Source: an uncultured Mycoplasma sp. (GTDB lineage: Bacteria > Bacillota_I > Bacilli_A > RF39 > UBA660). From it: 59,202 bases of DNA. The notes beneath the pieces are model-generated. The model was not told the DNA's origin. It did not search any database and saw only the letters and a program-made list of their open reading frames with translations. Position 1 is the stretch's first letter. Each line of letters opens with the position of its first letter. Of this stretch, positions 37,599 to 46,410 are shown piece by piece. Location: the NCBI GenBank assembly GCA_946500895.1, contig CAMMXG010000004.1:1-59202 (forward strand), given 5' to 3'. Made by a program: the position numbers and the translations under genes.

Positions 37599-38081
37599 TT
37601 TCAGCAAATACTCTTTTTTATCTAATCCGCCTGCATATCCAGTTAAATTACCACTTTTTCCTATTACTCTATGGCAAGGAATGATAATGGATATTGGATT
37701 ATGACCTACTGCTCCTCCAACTGCCTGAGCTGACATACTTTTTAGTCCTCTTTTTTTGGAGATTTTATCTGCTATTTCTTTGTAAGTTATAGTTTTTCCA
37801 TATGGAATGTCACAAAGGATTTTCCAAACCTCTTTTTGGAAATCTGTTCCATTAGGATTTATCTTTATTTCTTTTATACTTGTTTTTTCACCTTTAAAAT
37901 ATCTATCTAACCAGTTCTTTGTTTTCTTTAAAATTTCTTCTTCATCTTTTACTTGTATCTCTTCATTTATAGAATTTAAATAATACTTTTGTCCTTTAAA
38001 CCATAAACCAATTAGTTCATTATTTTTGCTTGCAAGTAAGATAGCTCCTAGTGGTGATGAATAAGTACTTGTATAAATCAT
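37584..38081 (-). CDS. ogt: methylated-DNA--protein-cysteine methyltransferase
   Basis: IIIPCHRVIG active site. The ATG at 38081 lies 1 nt after the upstream stop. The longer track ORF is an out-of-frame read of the neighbour's Gly-rich tail. Confidence 0.85.
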   Translation of the reverse strand: MIYTSTYSSPLGAILLASKNNELIGLWFKGQKYYLNSINEEIQVKDEEEILKKTKNWLDRYFKGEKTSIKEIKINPNGTDFQKEVWKILCDIPYGKTITYKEIADKISKKRGLKSMSAQAVGGAVGHNPISIIIPCHRVIGKSGNLTGYAGGLDKKEYLLKLEQS

Positions 38082-38082
38082 G

Positions 38083-40476
38083 TTAGAAACGACCTCCGCC
38101 GCCGCCTCCACCACCGAAACCACCACCAGAAGAGAATCCTCCTCCCCCTCCAGAACCACTAGACCAATTCGATCCACCTGAAGAACTGCTATAGGTTGAA
38201 GTTCTAGCGCTATGAATGGATGAAGAAACAGTATGAGAAATTATTCTTAGATTTGTGAAAGTAATCGGATCGAAACTAAAGGTATAATCTACATTCATGT
38301 TTTCTAATTTTATTTTCATTGTTTTTGACAGTTTATCGGCACAACCTAAAACAACTGCATAAACTAAATATTTTTCCCATAAAATAATTTCTGGTAATGA
38401 TTTTTCATCCATAGAGCCAAAATCTTTTAAAAATTGTTTGAAAGCTTTCCATTTTTTATATTCTAATGCTCCTTTTTCGGTTCTTTTTTTAGCAATAGCG
38501 GTATAAATAATCAGAATTAGAGCGATCAATATAACAACTAAATAAAAATTTAGAACATTGTGTATAAAGTGATTTTGAACATATAAATGAATTATTCCTA
38601 TTACCGAATAAATCATACATAATATAGCAAATATTCTACTATATTTTTTAACACGATAAAACTCACTTTTAACTTCTTTTAATTTGTAAGAAATTGTCTT
38701 TCGATTCCAGATAAGAAGGATTATAAGAGCAAGCATAAAAGCAAAAAACCCTAAACTAGCCGCTAAGAAAAGAATAATTAATATAATAAATCCTTTCCAT
38801 GTTTCTTTTTTCTCATTAGAACTTTCTACTTTTGTCTTATCTTCTTCGTATAATCTTTCACTTAAAGCAATATTCAACATGATTTTATGTACTTTCTTCC
38901 AGTCTTTGTAAAAACTAGTTGTTGTTTTGGCAGTCTTTTTTAAATCTTTTAGCCAAATCTTTTCTTTACTTCTAAAAATCAAATTTATTAATGCTTTTTC
39001 TAATTCATTTGTGTGATCTAGTTCTAGTCCATTTTTTTCTAAAAGAATATCTTTCTTTTCTTTGTCTTCTGTAGCTTTTATTTTTTTCTCATAAATTAAA
39101 TATAATATTTCTGCGGATACCGATTCTTCTGTTATTTTCTTTTTCATTAAATATTCTACTGTAGAAGGATTAAAATTATCTGGGAAATCACGCATATATT
39201 TATGTGGAAAATCTACTTCATATTCTTTATCACATTTAAAGTAAATGTAAATTCCTGTTCCTACTAGACAAATAATTACAATACCAGCGATGATTGTTGC
39301 TGTTTTATTATAGTTTTCTTCCGTTTCGATAATATCTTGTTTAACAGGAACAAGCTTTGCTAATAATTCACTTTTTAACTCTTCATTTTCTAATAGTGCT
39401 ACTGACTCCATTGCCGCATTATACCAATAATAATCACGTGTTTCTAAAGCTAATTCAACATCTTCTTTCGCAGTAGTTTCTTCGTTTTCTACAACAAGAA
39501 CATGTAATTCTTCTAATTTGGTTTGTAAATCCCCTAGTACCATTTCATCTGTAACTAATGATACATAATAGGAAGCATTATTGTAACAAGATCTAGTTGG
39601 ATAACGATTACAATAATCTAATTCCGCGTATGCTTGCTCTTGATTTTGATATTCTGTTTGCTCTCGCTCATAATTAGCTTGATTCGCTAAATCTTCTTCG
39701 TAGTTTAGTATTTTAGTTAAAGCATCGACTCCTGTTGTTTTAGTAGAATTTGGAATAACAGATTTGTCAAAGACTGCTCTAATATCTACTGGTTCATAAC
39801 TATAAACATTCGTTACTTCAGCCGTTAATACTTGATTTGAAGCTTTGTTTATTACACCATTTAAGGGACCATGTGCCCATACACGAAATTCTGTTTCATT
39901 TCCTGGAAAAGTTACGGTTATTCTTAAAGTCCCGATTGATTCGCTCAGTGAATCACCAATGGCATTCCAATAAATTTCGGCAACATCATTATGAACAATT
40001 GCCATATTTTTTAATGTATATTTGATATAAAAAGCTTCCTTTTTATTATCTGGTAAATAAATTTGGTAAGACTCTCCATTGCTAGATGTATCAACTGTAT
40101 AAACACCATAATCTCCTTTATCTGCATTACTTACCTCTTCAAACAATGTGCCAGAAATATTATCAAAATTAAAGTTTTCATCGATGGGTAAAGCTCTAAT
40201 TTCTATTAGTTCTATCCCACTTCCATTATGAAGTTTACTTCCACCATAATAATCTAATTCAGGGTGAAAATCATATAAATCATCATTACTATATAGTATT
40301 TCTCGCTCCATGCCATTAAATTCACCATTTAAATAGAAATATTCTTCAACTGTTAAATCGCCATTTTCTTCTACAGTTGCATTAATATAAAACTTTTCGA
40401 TTCCTGCCTCAGCATAAACTGTCATAGGAATAAATAATAATAAACTAAAAATTATACTTTTTATTATTTTTTTCAT
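38083..40476 (-). CDS. DUF2207-family membrane protein with Gly-rich C-terminal tail
   Basis: Signal peptide, large ectodomain, several TM segments, C-terminal SGSGGGGGFSSGGGFGGGGGGGGRF as in DUF2207 proteins. Confidence 0.7.
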   Translation of the reverse strand: MKKIIKSIIFSLLLFIPMTVYAEAGIEKFYINATVEENGDLTVEEYFYLNGEFNGMEREILYSNDDLYDFHPELDYYGGSKLHNGSGIELIEIRALPIDENFNFDNISGTLFEEVSNADKGDYGVYTVDTSSNGESYQIYLPDNKKEAFYIKYTLKNMAIVHNDVAEIYWNAIGDSLSESIGTLRITVTFPGNETEFRVWAHGPLNGVINKASNQVLTAEVTNVYSYEPVDIRAVFDKSVIPNSTKTTGVDALTKILNYEEDLANQANYEREQTEYQNQEQAYAELDYCNRYPTRSCYNNASYYVSLVTDEMVLGDLQTKLEELHVLVVENEETTAKEDVELALETRDYYWYNAAMESVALLENEELKSELLAKLVPVKQDIIETEENYNKTATIIAGIVIICLVGTGIYIYFKCDKEYEVDFPHKYMRDFPDNFNPSTVEYLMKKKITEESVSAEILYLIYEKKIKATEDKEKKDILLEKNGLELDHTNELEKALINLIFRSKEKIWLKDLKKTAKTTTSFYKDWKKVHKIMLNIALSERLYEEDKTKVESSNEKKETWKGFIILIILFLAASLGFFAFMLALIILLIWNRKTISYKLKEVKSEFYRVKKYSRIFAILCMIYSVIGIIHLYVQNHFIHNVLNFYLVVILIALILIIYTAIAKKRTEKGALEYKKWKAFKQFLKDFGSMDEKSLPEIILWEKYLVYAVVLGCADKLSKTMKIKLENMNVDYTFSFDPITFTNLRIISHTVSSSIHSARTSTYSSSSGGSNWSSGSGGGGGFSSGGGFGGGGGGGGRF

Positions 40477-40532
40477 TTTTCTCACCTTTTACTTTTTAAC
40501 ATATTTGTCATTAATCAAATTTTGGAAGTAGT

Positions 40533-42260
40533 TTATATTTTAAATTTAATCCAAATTTGAGCCATACATTCATAACACTCTTTCTCTTTATTTATACACT
40601 TATTACAATAATTTTGTTTTCTATAATAGTCTTTTCCTAAATCTTTTATCATTTTGTATCCACACTTTTCTAAAATAAATTTAGAATTCACATATTCTCC
40701 GTTATCTCCCCATGCTTCATATATAATATCTTCTTTATTATAATTACTACATAATTTCAGTAATTGAGTGCCTATTCCTTTTCCTTGGTACTTTTTATCA
40801 ACAACTAAATATAAAATTTCTTTGATATTTTTTAAACCTAAATTAAATCTATCTTGCTTTAAAATATCACTTATACCGCATGCTCCTACTATTTTATTAT
40901 TTATCGTGCATACATAGTAATGATTAATATCTTTAGTAATTTCTTCAATATTGCTTTCTAAAATTGAACTTTCTGACTTAATATTACAAGTCCCTAATAA
41001 ATCTGTTACTAGATTGGCAATATCATTAATATCGTTAAAGGTTGCTTTTCTATATTTCTTCTTCAAAACACAAAAACTTTCGACATGATATGTGTAGCTA
41101 AACATATCCATGATTTTAAAATCACAAACTTCATAAATACTTTCAAATTCTTTTAAATCTCTCATTAATGTATTGGGATCACATGATACATAAATTATTT
41201 TGGCTGGTAATTTTTTTAAAATAAATTCTTTCGATTTTTTGTCTAATCCTTTTCTTGGAGGATCAACAATTAATGTATCAAAGTTAAAGTTTATTTTATC
41301 AACAGTTTTAGATACATCACCAAGCATAAATTTAATATTATTTACTTGATTTAATGTAGCATTTTTAATTCCATTTAACACAGCATTTTTAATTATTTCA
41401 ATACTATAGACCTCTTTTGATGCAGAAGCAGCAATGATACCTAATGTTCCAACTCCACTATATAAATCTAGAACTATACTATCATTATCTATATTATTCT
41501 TTATTAAATCAAATAATTTAGAAGTTATATACTCATTTACTTGAAAGAATGAATCAAATGATACTTTAAATAATTTACCACCCACTCTTTCATAAAAGAA
41601 ATTTTCGCCATATATCGTTTTATTGTTGTAAACAATTCCTACTAGTTTTATTTTTTCTTTTAATTTTGCTAATTCAATGTTATATTCTTTTTCTTTTGTT
41701 TCAATTATAATTAATATTTCATTATTATAATTAGATCTAATTGTTAGTTTGGCATTTTCTAAATTTAATAATTTGTAATTCTTAATTACTTCATTAATAG
41801 AATGTTTGGCTGTTATACATTCTTTTATTTCAATCAATTTATGACTACTTTCTTCATAATAGCCTAATGTTCCATTTTCTATTTTCAAACTTACTTTGTT
41901 GCGGTAATAATAAGGATTGTCATTTTTTATAATTTCTATTTCTTTGTTATAATTTATCTTATTTTTCTTTAATAATTCTTTTATTTTGCTTTGTTTAAAT
42001 GTTAAAGTATTTTCATAACTTAAATGTAGTAGATTGCAACCTCCACAGACTTCAAAGTATGGACATTTACTTTCTACTCTATCCTTACTTAATTTTAAAT
42101 ATTTAGTTACTTTAGCTTCACTAAAACTTTTCTTATCATTTATTATTTCTATTTCTACTACTTCTTCTGGTAAAGCATTTTCTATAAAAACAACTTTATT
42201 GTTAATGTGAGCTATTCCTCTTCCAAAGTCATCTAGTTTTTCAATTAATACTTTAGGCAT
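40533..42260 (-). CDS. RumA/TrmA-family RNA (uracil-5)-methyltransferase fused to a C-terminal GNAT acetyltransferase domain
   Basis: TRAM-like N-terminus, Fe-S Cys cluster CPYFEVCGGC, SAM motif LDLYSGVGTLG, YVSCDP nucleophile. After about residue 400, GNAT motif VVDKKYQGKGIGTQLL, and a Cys-rich end CNKCINKEKECYEC. Confidence 0.7.
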   Translation of the reverse strand: MPKVLIEKLDDFGRGIAHINNKVVFIENALPEEVVEIEIINDKKSFSEAKVTKYLKLSKDRVESKCPYFEVCGGCNLLHLSYENTLTFKQSKIKELLKKNKINYNKEIEIIKNDNPYYYRNKVSLKIENGTLGYYEESSHKLIEIKECITAKHSINEVIKNYKLLNLENAKLTIRSNYNNEILIIIETKEKEYNIELAKLKEKIKLVGIVYNNKTIYGENFFYERVGGKLFKVSFDSFFQVNEYITSKLFDLIKNNIDNDSIVLDLYSGVGTLGIIAASASKEVYSIEIIKNAVLNGIKNATLNQVNNIKFMLGDVSKTVDKINFNFDTLIVDPPRKGLDKKSKEFILKKLPAKIIYVSCDPNTLMRDLKEFESIYEVCDFKIMDMFSYTYHVESFCVLKKKYRKATFNDINDIANLVTDLLGTCNIKSESSILESNIEEITKDINHYYVCTINNKIVGACGISDILKQDRFNLGLKNIKEILYLVVDKKYQGKGIGTQLLKLCSNYNKEDIIYEAWGDNGEYVNSKFILEKCGYKMIKDLGKDYYRKQNYCNKCINKEKECYECMAQIWIKFKI

Positions 42261-42331
42261 ATTTACCACTCCATCTTTATTTTATCATGAATACATTTAT
42301 TTTTAAATAAAGAAAAAGCTTGATTTTTTCC

Positions 42332-43966
42332 TCAAGCTTCATTTTCAGTAGTATTGGTTGTGTTCGACTCTTTTACTGTTCCATATACTCCAAAAGTTAC
42401 AGAGTAACTGCTAGTGACTTTTATTTTGATATCATAATATGTTGTGCCTACTTCATCAAAGGTTAAAGTGACTGTTTTACTACTACCATCATATGATTCA
42501 CTAGAAATCACTTGATCATTTTTTAATATTTCTAATGTGTAGTTTTGAGATCTTGATGTATTAAAGGTTACATTTACTGTTTCTCCTAATTTGTAGCTAC
42601 CTGATGAGTAAGAGCTGTATGTACCATTGCTTGCTAATTTTTTTTCTGTTGTTAGAGCACCACTTGTTGTAAAATTTGCTTCAAATTCATGAGGTTGGTT
42701 AGGATTTTCTTTAAAGTAGTGGAATTTACTAATGTTTGAAGATAAAGTGTAGTGATAAATTGGTAACTCTGTATCGGTTTTGCCAAAATAATCATAGCTA
42801 GTTCCTTTACTATCTTCAATTTGCGGATCAAAAATATAATAAGTTCCCCCAGCTTTAATCATAACCCAAGCATGTCCGGTGGTTCCGCCTCCTACTTTGT
42901 TAACACTACCACCTACCACATATGCATCAAAACCAATCCGTCTTGCTAAAATCATAAATAATGCTGCATAGTTATCACATACGCCTTTTCCAGTTGATAA
43001 GGAATATTTGGCACGCATTACATCCATACCGTCATAATCATAATAACTGTATGTATCTTGCATTTTCCATAGTTCATTTAAGTCAAGTACCATCATTTCA
43101 TAGCTAAGTTTGTTTTTAACATAATTATAAATAGCTTGTAATTTTTCATAGTTTGACATACTACTTTTAGTTACACTTGAGATGATACTTGCTATTTGAC
43201 TGTCTAATTCAGAATATCTAGTTGTAAGTGGTGATAAGGAAACACTATTAATCGCTGATTTAAAATTAGAACTTGTGTTATTTGAATTATTCGTATTATT
43301 ATTTGTATTATTTGATGTTGTGTTATTGTTTTTATTATTTGTTGTATTATCGGAACTATTTGTTTCTTTTTTGTCATCATCATTATTTTTTTCATCAACA
43401 ATATGAACAACTAAACTTGCTGTTCCTTTGTTTTGTGCTTTATCTGTAAGAGTATAATTAACTAAGTAATCTCCTACTTTTTTAGCATCGACATTACTTT
43501 CGATATCAACAGCTTCTATCGATACCTCATCATAATTATCACTTACTTCGGCAATAAAACTTTCAGCATCAAATTCACTATTTTTTAAAATGTCTACTTC
43601 AGTTTCGGATAAAGTAATTGTTGGGGCAAGTTCATCTACTATTTCTATTTCATAGGTATGTTCATAAGTTTTTCCTTGATAAGTGATGCTTACTAGGACC
43701 TCACTTTTCCCTAAATCTTCAATATTAGAAATAGAATATTCTAGGCTTTTGCCCTGATATGTACATTCTTCATCACATGTAATATCTTTAACAAAATCAC
43801 TTAGATTGATTGAACCATAATTTAATTTATTCACTTCTTTAAATTCAAAGCCACTAAATTCCTCGGGTTCTTTATTTAAGATAAAATGAGAACATAATAT
43901 AAAAATAATAGCAATCAAAATTATTAAACCTATTAAAATATAAATTATTTTTTTCTTTTTTGACAT
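42332..43966 (-). CDS. membrane-anchored transglutaminase-core domain protein with Ig-like domain and Asn/Thr-rich linker
   Basis: N-terminal TM segment, Ig-like DUF5011-type segment (VGDYLVNYTLTDKAQNKGTASL), N/T low-complexity region, GKGVCDNYAALF...GHAWVMIK...FDPQ. Confidence 0.75.
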   Translation of the reverse strand: MSKKKKIIYILIGLIILIAIIFILCSHFILNKEPEEFSGFEFKEVNKLNYGSINLSDFVKDITCDEECTYQGKSLEYSISNIEDLGKSEVLVSITYQGKTYEHTYEIEIVDELAPTITLSETEVDILKNSEFDAESFIAEVSDNYDEVSIEAVDIESNVDAKKVGDYLVNYTLTDKAQNKGTASLVVHIVDEKNNDDDKKETNSSDNTTNNKNNNTTSNNTNNNTNNSNNTSSNFKSAINSVSLSPLTTRYSELDSQIASIISSVTKSSMSNYEKLQAIYNYVKNKLSYEMMVLDLNELWKMQDTYSYYDYDGMDVMRAKYSLSTGKGVCDNYAALFMILARRIGFDAYVVGGSVNKVGGGTTGHAWVMIKAGGTYYIFDPQIEDSKGTSYDYFGKTDTELPIYHYTLSSNISKFHYFKENPNQPHEFEANFTTSGALTTEKKLASNGTYSSYSSGSYKLGETVNVTFNTSRSQNYTLEILKNDQVISSESYDGSSKTVTLTFDEVGTTYYDIKIKVTSSYSVTFGVYGTVKESNTTNTTENEA

Positions 43967-44035
43967 AAACTTAAACTTCCTTTTCTATATTATAGCATAC
44001 TCTAATTTGTTTGGTACCTCTTTTTCAATAATTAT

Positions 44036-44064
44036 TTGACAAAACTTATTTCTCATATTATAAT
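44036..44064 (+). promoter_or_regulatory. consensus promoter of the hisS leader
   Basis: TTGACA (44036-44041), 17 nt, TATAAT (44059-44064). Confidence 0.75.
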
Positions 44065-44087
44065 CTATTTATCGAGGAGATAGTTTT

Positions 44088-44141
44088 ATGAAGAAGACTT
44101 ATTTATTATTACATCATCATCATATTACTACCACTTGCTAA
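44088..44141 (+). CDS. 17-codon leader peptide MKKTYLLLHHHHITTTC with four consecutive His codons
   Basis: GAGGAG lies 8 nt before the ATG. CATCATCATCAT at 44112-44123. Stop codon lies inside the first pairing segment. Confidence 0.6.
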   Translation: MKKTYLLLHHHHITTTC

Positions 44142-44194
44142 ATACAATTGTTGTAGGCGCAAGTGTTATTTTTCGTGCTTGTAGCCTGTTTATA

Positions 44195-44226
44195 AAGCTA
44201 TACAGGCTAACTGTATAGCTTTTTTC
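44195..44226 (+). terminator. intrinsic terminator (attenuator) immediately upstream of the hisS RBS
   Basis: AAGCTATACAG / CTGTATAGCTT perfect 11-bp stem with 5-nt loop and a T-run. The competing helix TAGCCTGT (44182-89) / ACAGGCTA (44202-09) overlaps its 5' arm. Confidence 0.8.
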
Positions 44227-44248
44227 AGTTTTAGAGGAGGATTAAATT

Positions 44249-45541
44249 ATGAAAATTGAAAATGTAAAAGGTACTTTTGATTATTCAGGAAAAGAACAAC
44301 AAATTAGAGAGTATATTAAAGATACTTTAAAAGATGTGTTTAAATTATATGGTTATGAACCACTAGAAACACCTATTATTTGTAACTTTGATTTGCTTGC
44401 TTTAAAATATAATCCAGAGGATGAAATTTTAAAGGAAATTTATAAAGTTACAGACCAAGGGAAAAGGAATTTAGGACTTAGATATGATCTTACCATTCCT
44501 TTTGCTAAGTTTATTACCATAGAAAAAGGGCTTACCCTACCTTATAAGAGATATGAAATTGGAGATGTTTTTAGAGATGGTCCAGTTAAAGCTGGTAGAA
44601 ATAGACAATTTGTACAATGTGATGTTGATGTGGTAGGACTTGATGGAGCTAATATTGAAGAAGAAATCATTTCTATTTTTATTCGTGGTATGAGAGAATT
44701 TGATATTCCCTTTGAAATTAAAATTAATAACCGAAAATTAATGCAAGGCATTATTGAATCTTTAGGTATTACCGGAGAAGAAGAAATTTCAAATGTTATT
44801 AAAACAATTGATAAAATGGATAAGATTCCACGTGAAGACTTGATGAGTGAACTACTTCTTCTAGGAATAACCGAAGATAATCAAGACTTACTGATGAAAT
44901 ACTTTAACATGTCTTTAGATGAATTAAAAGAAGAATTTAAAAATGTTGATAACCAAAATATTGTAGATGGATTACAAGAATTAACTGATTTGATGGAATT
45001 ATTAGATTACTCTTCTTATAGCGAATATATTAAATTTGCACCAACGCTTGCTCGTGGTCAAGAATATTATACCGGAAACGTATTTGAAGTTTATGCGGTT
45101 AACTCTGGTATTAAATCTAGTATTGGTGGTGGCGGTAGATATGATAAACTTATCACGAATTGGATTGATGATGGGAATAGCTATCCAGCTGTAGGTATTT
45201 CTTTTGGACTTAATGTTATTTATGAAATTCTTAAAACCAGAGAAGACTTTGCAAGTAAAAGTATGGTGGATTTATATATTATACCAATGGATACTTTTAA
45301 AGAAAGTTTAAGACTTGCTGATACAATAAGAAATTTTGATATCAAAGTTGAAGTGGAAATGAAAAATAAAAAGGTTAAAAAAGCTTTGGATTATGCAAAT
45401 AGAGTAAATATCCCTTATGTTATTGTTTTAGGTGAAAATGAAATAAATGAAGGAAAAATTAAACTTAAGGAAATGAGTACTGGTAAAGAGTATGAAATAT
45501 CTTTAGATAATATTTCAGAAATCAATAAAGTTATATTATAA
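44249..45541 (+). CDS. hisS: histidine--tRNA ligase
   Basis: LRYDLTIPFAKF, RYEIGDVFRDGP, QFVQCDVDVVG, GGGGRYD. AGAGGAGG RBS. Bidirectional terminator at 45543-45570. Confidence 0.95.
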   Translation: MKIENVKGTFDYSGKEQQIREYIKDTLKDVFKLYGYEPLETPIICNFDLLALKYNPEDEILKEIYKVTDQGKRNLGLRYDLTIPFAKFITIEKGLTLPYKRYEIGDVFRDGPVKAGRNRQFVQCDVDVVGLDGANIEEEIISIFIRGMREFDIPFEIKINNRKLMQGIIESLGITGEEEISNVIKTIDKMDKIPREDLMSELLLLGITEDNQDLLMKYFNMSLDELKEEFKNVDNQNIVDGLQELTDLMELLDYSSYSEYIKFAPTLARGQEYYTGNVFEVYAVNSGIKSSIGGGGRYDKLITNWIDDGNSYPAVGISFGLNVIYEILKTREDFASKSMVDLYIIPMDTFKESLRLADTIRNFDIKVEVEMKNKKVKKALDYANRVNIPYVIVLGENEINEGKIKLKEMSTGKEYEISLDNISEINKVIL

Positions 45542-45554
45542 AACAGAGATTTAA

Positions 45555-46301
45555 TTACCTCTGTTTTTTTAGTATTCTCGATAAAGATTCGCCTTTTTTT
45601 ATTTGCTCTCCAATTAAATATTCTTCGATGTGGATTTGATGATACTCATAATCAAGAGCACATAACCCTTGATAAAGTTTCATGAAAATGATATTAAATG
45701 GATCATACCTTGAGCCACTATTACGAAATCTAACAGTAATTCTTCTTGGATCCATAAGCATTAAATCAGCATCATTTTTATATTTATTAGAAATCAAAGG
45801 TTTGCCAAATTCTAAGATGTAAGTATTTTTTTGTTTTTTTATCTTGATGAATGGTGCTATTTCATCAAAGTACTCATCACTTTTCCAAGTTATCATATCA
45901 TCTTGAACTAAATTTTTATACGGCCCTCTTTCCTTTAAATTCTTTTTGGATTTTTCTCTTCTTTCTAATTCTTCTTTGATTGCTTCATGATAATCTTTTT
46001 TCTCCTCTTCACTCATAAAAATAATATGGTCTATTTCTTCTTTCGTTATTTTACCATATATGTCAGCATTTATTACATCTTGATATAATTTATCAAATAG
46101 AGCATATATCTCATAATTATCTTTTCCAATTATAAAAGTAGGATCACTATCAAAATTTTCTAAAGAAAAGTATAAGTCTAAATTACCTCCGAAAAAGATC
46201 GATAATGTTTTATCGCCATCTCTTTTCAGTTCTATATCATAATAGTTTCCATCATTTCGTTCTTTATATAACGCACATTTTTGGGCTTGCAATGCTCTCA
46301 T
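45555..46301 (-). CDS. hypothetical protein
   Basis: 248-aa ORF with a GGAGG-like RBS (AGGAGGG) upstream. No recognisable motif. Confidence 0.55.
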   Translation of the reverse strand: MRALQAQKCALYKERNDGNYYDIELKRDGDKTLSIFFGGNLDLYFSLENFDSDPTFIIGKDNYEIYALFDKLYQDVINADIYGKITKEEIDHIIFMSEEEKKDYHEAIKEELERREKSKKNLKERGPYKNLVQDDMITWKSDEYFDEIAPFIKIKKQKNTYILEFGKPLISNKYKNDADLMLMDPRRITVRFRNSGSRYDPFNIIFMKLYQGLCALDYEYHQIHIEEYLIGEQIKKGESLSRILKKQR

Positions 46302-46353
46302 TTAAAACCCTCCTAACTTTAATTATCATAACATATTAATCTTTTTTGCTCAA

Positions 46354-46376
46354 GTGGAAAACAACTTGTTATCCAC
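46354..46376. promoter_or_regulatory. inverted repeat overlapping the -35 of the ATPase gene promoter
   Basis: GTGGAAAACAA-C-TTGTTATCCAC (one mismatch). -35 TTGTTA (46366-71), 17 nt, TATAAT (46389-94). Confidence 0.55.
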
Positions 46377-46410
46377 TCTCTTTTAGTGTATAATTATTTT
46401 AGAATAGGTG

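Noticed and set aside
37584-38177. 197-aa version of ogt with an N-terminal extension
   Set aside because: The extension (MDRIGLVVLEGEEDS...) is the opposite-frame shadow of the Gly-rich tail of the upstream DUF2207 gene. Ogt homology begins at the ATG at 38081.
38090-38180. GC-rich repetitive stretch (ccgccgccgcctccaccacc...) as a possible repeat element or CRISPR-like feature
   Set aside because: It is in frame with the DUF2207 ORF and encodes its characteristic GGGGFGGGG tail. It has no spacer/repeat periodicity.
44065-44248. T-box riboswitch upstream of hisS
   Set aside because: The leader is short (about 185 nt). It lacks the conserved T-box 14-mer (..GGTGGTACCGCG..), stem I GA/AG-bulge features and a specifier loop. 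A translated His-codon mini-ORF explains it better.
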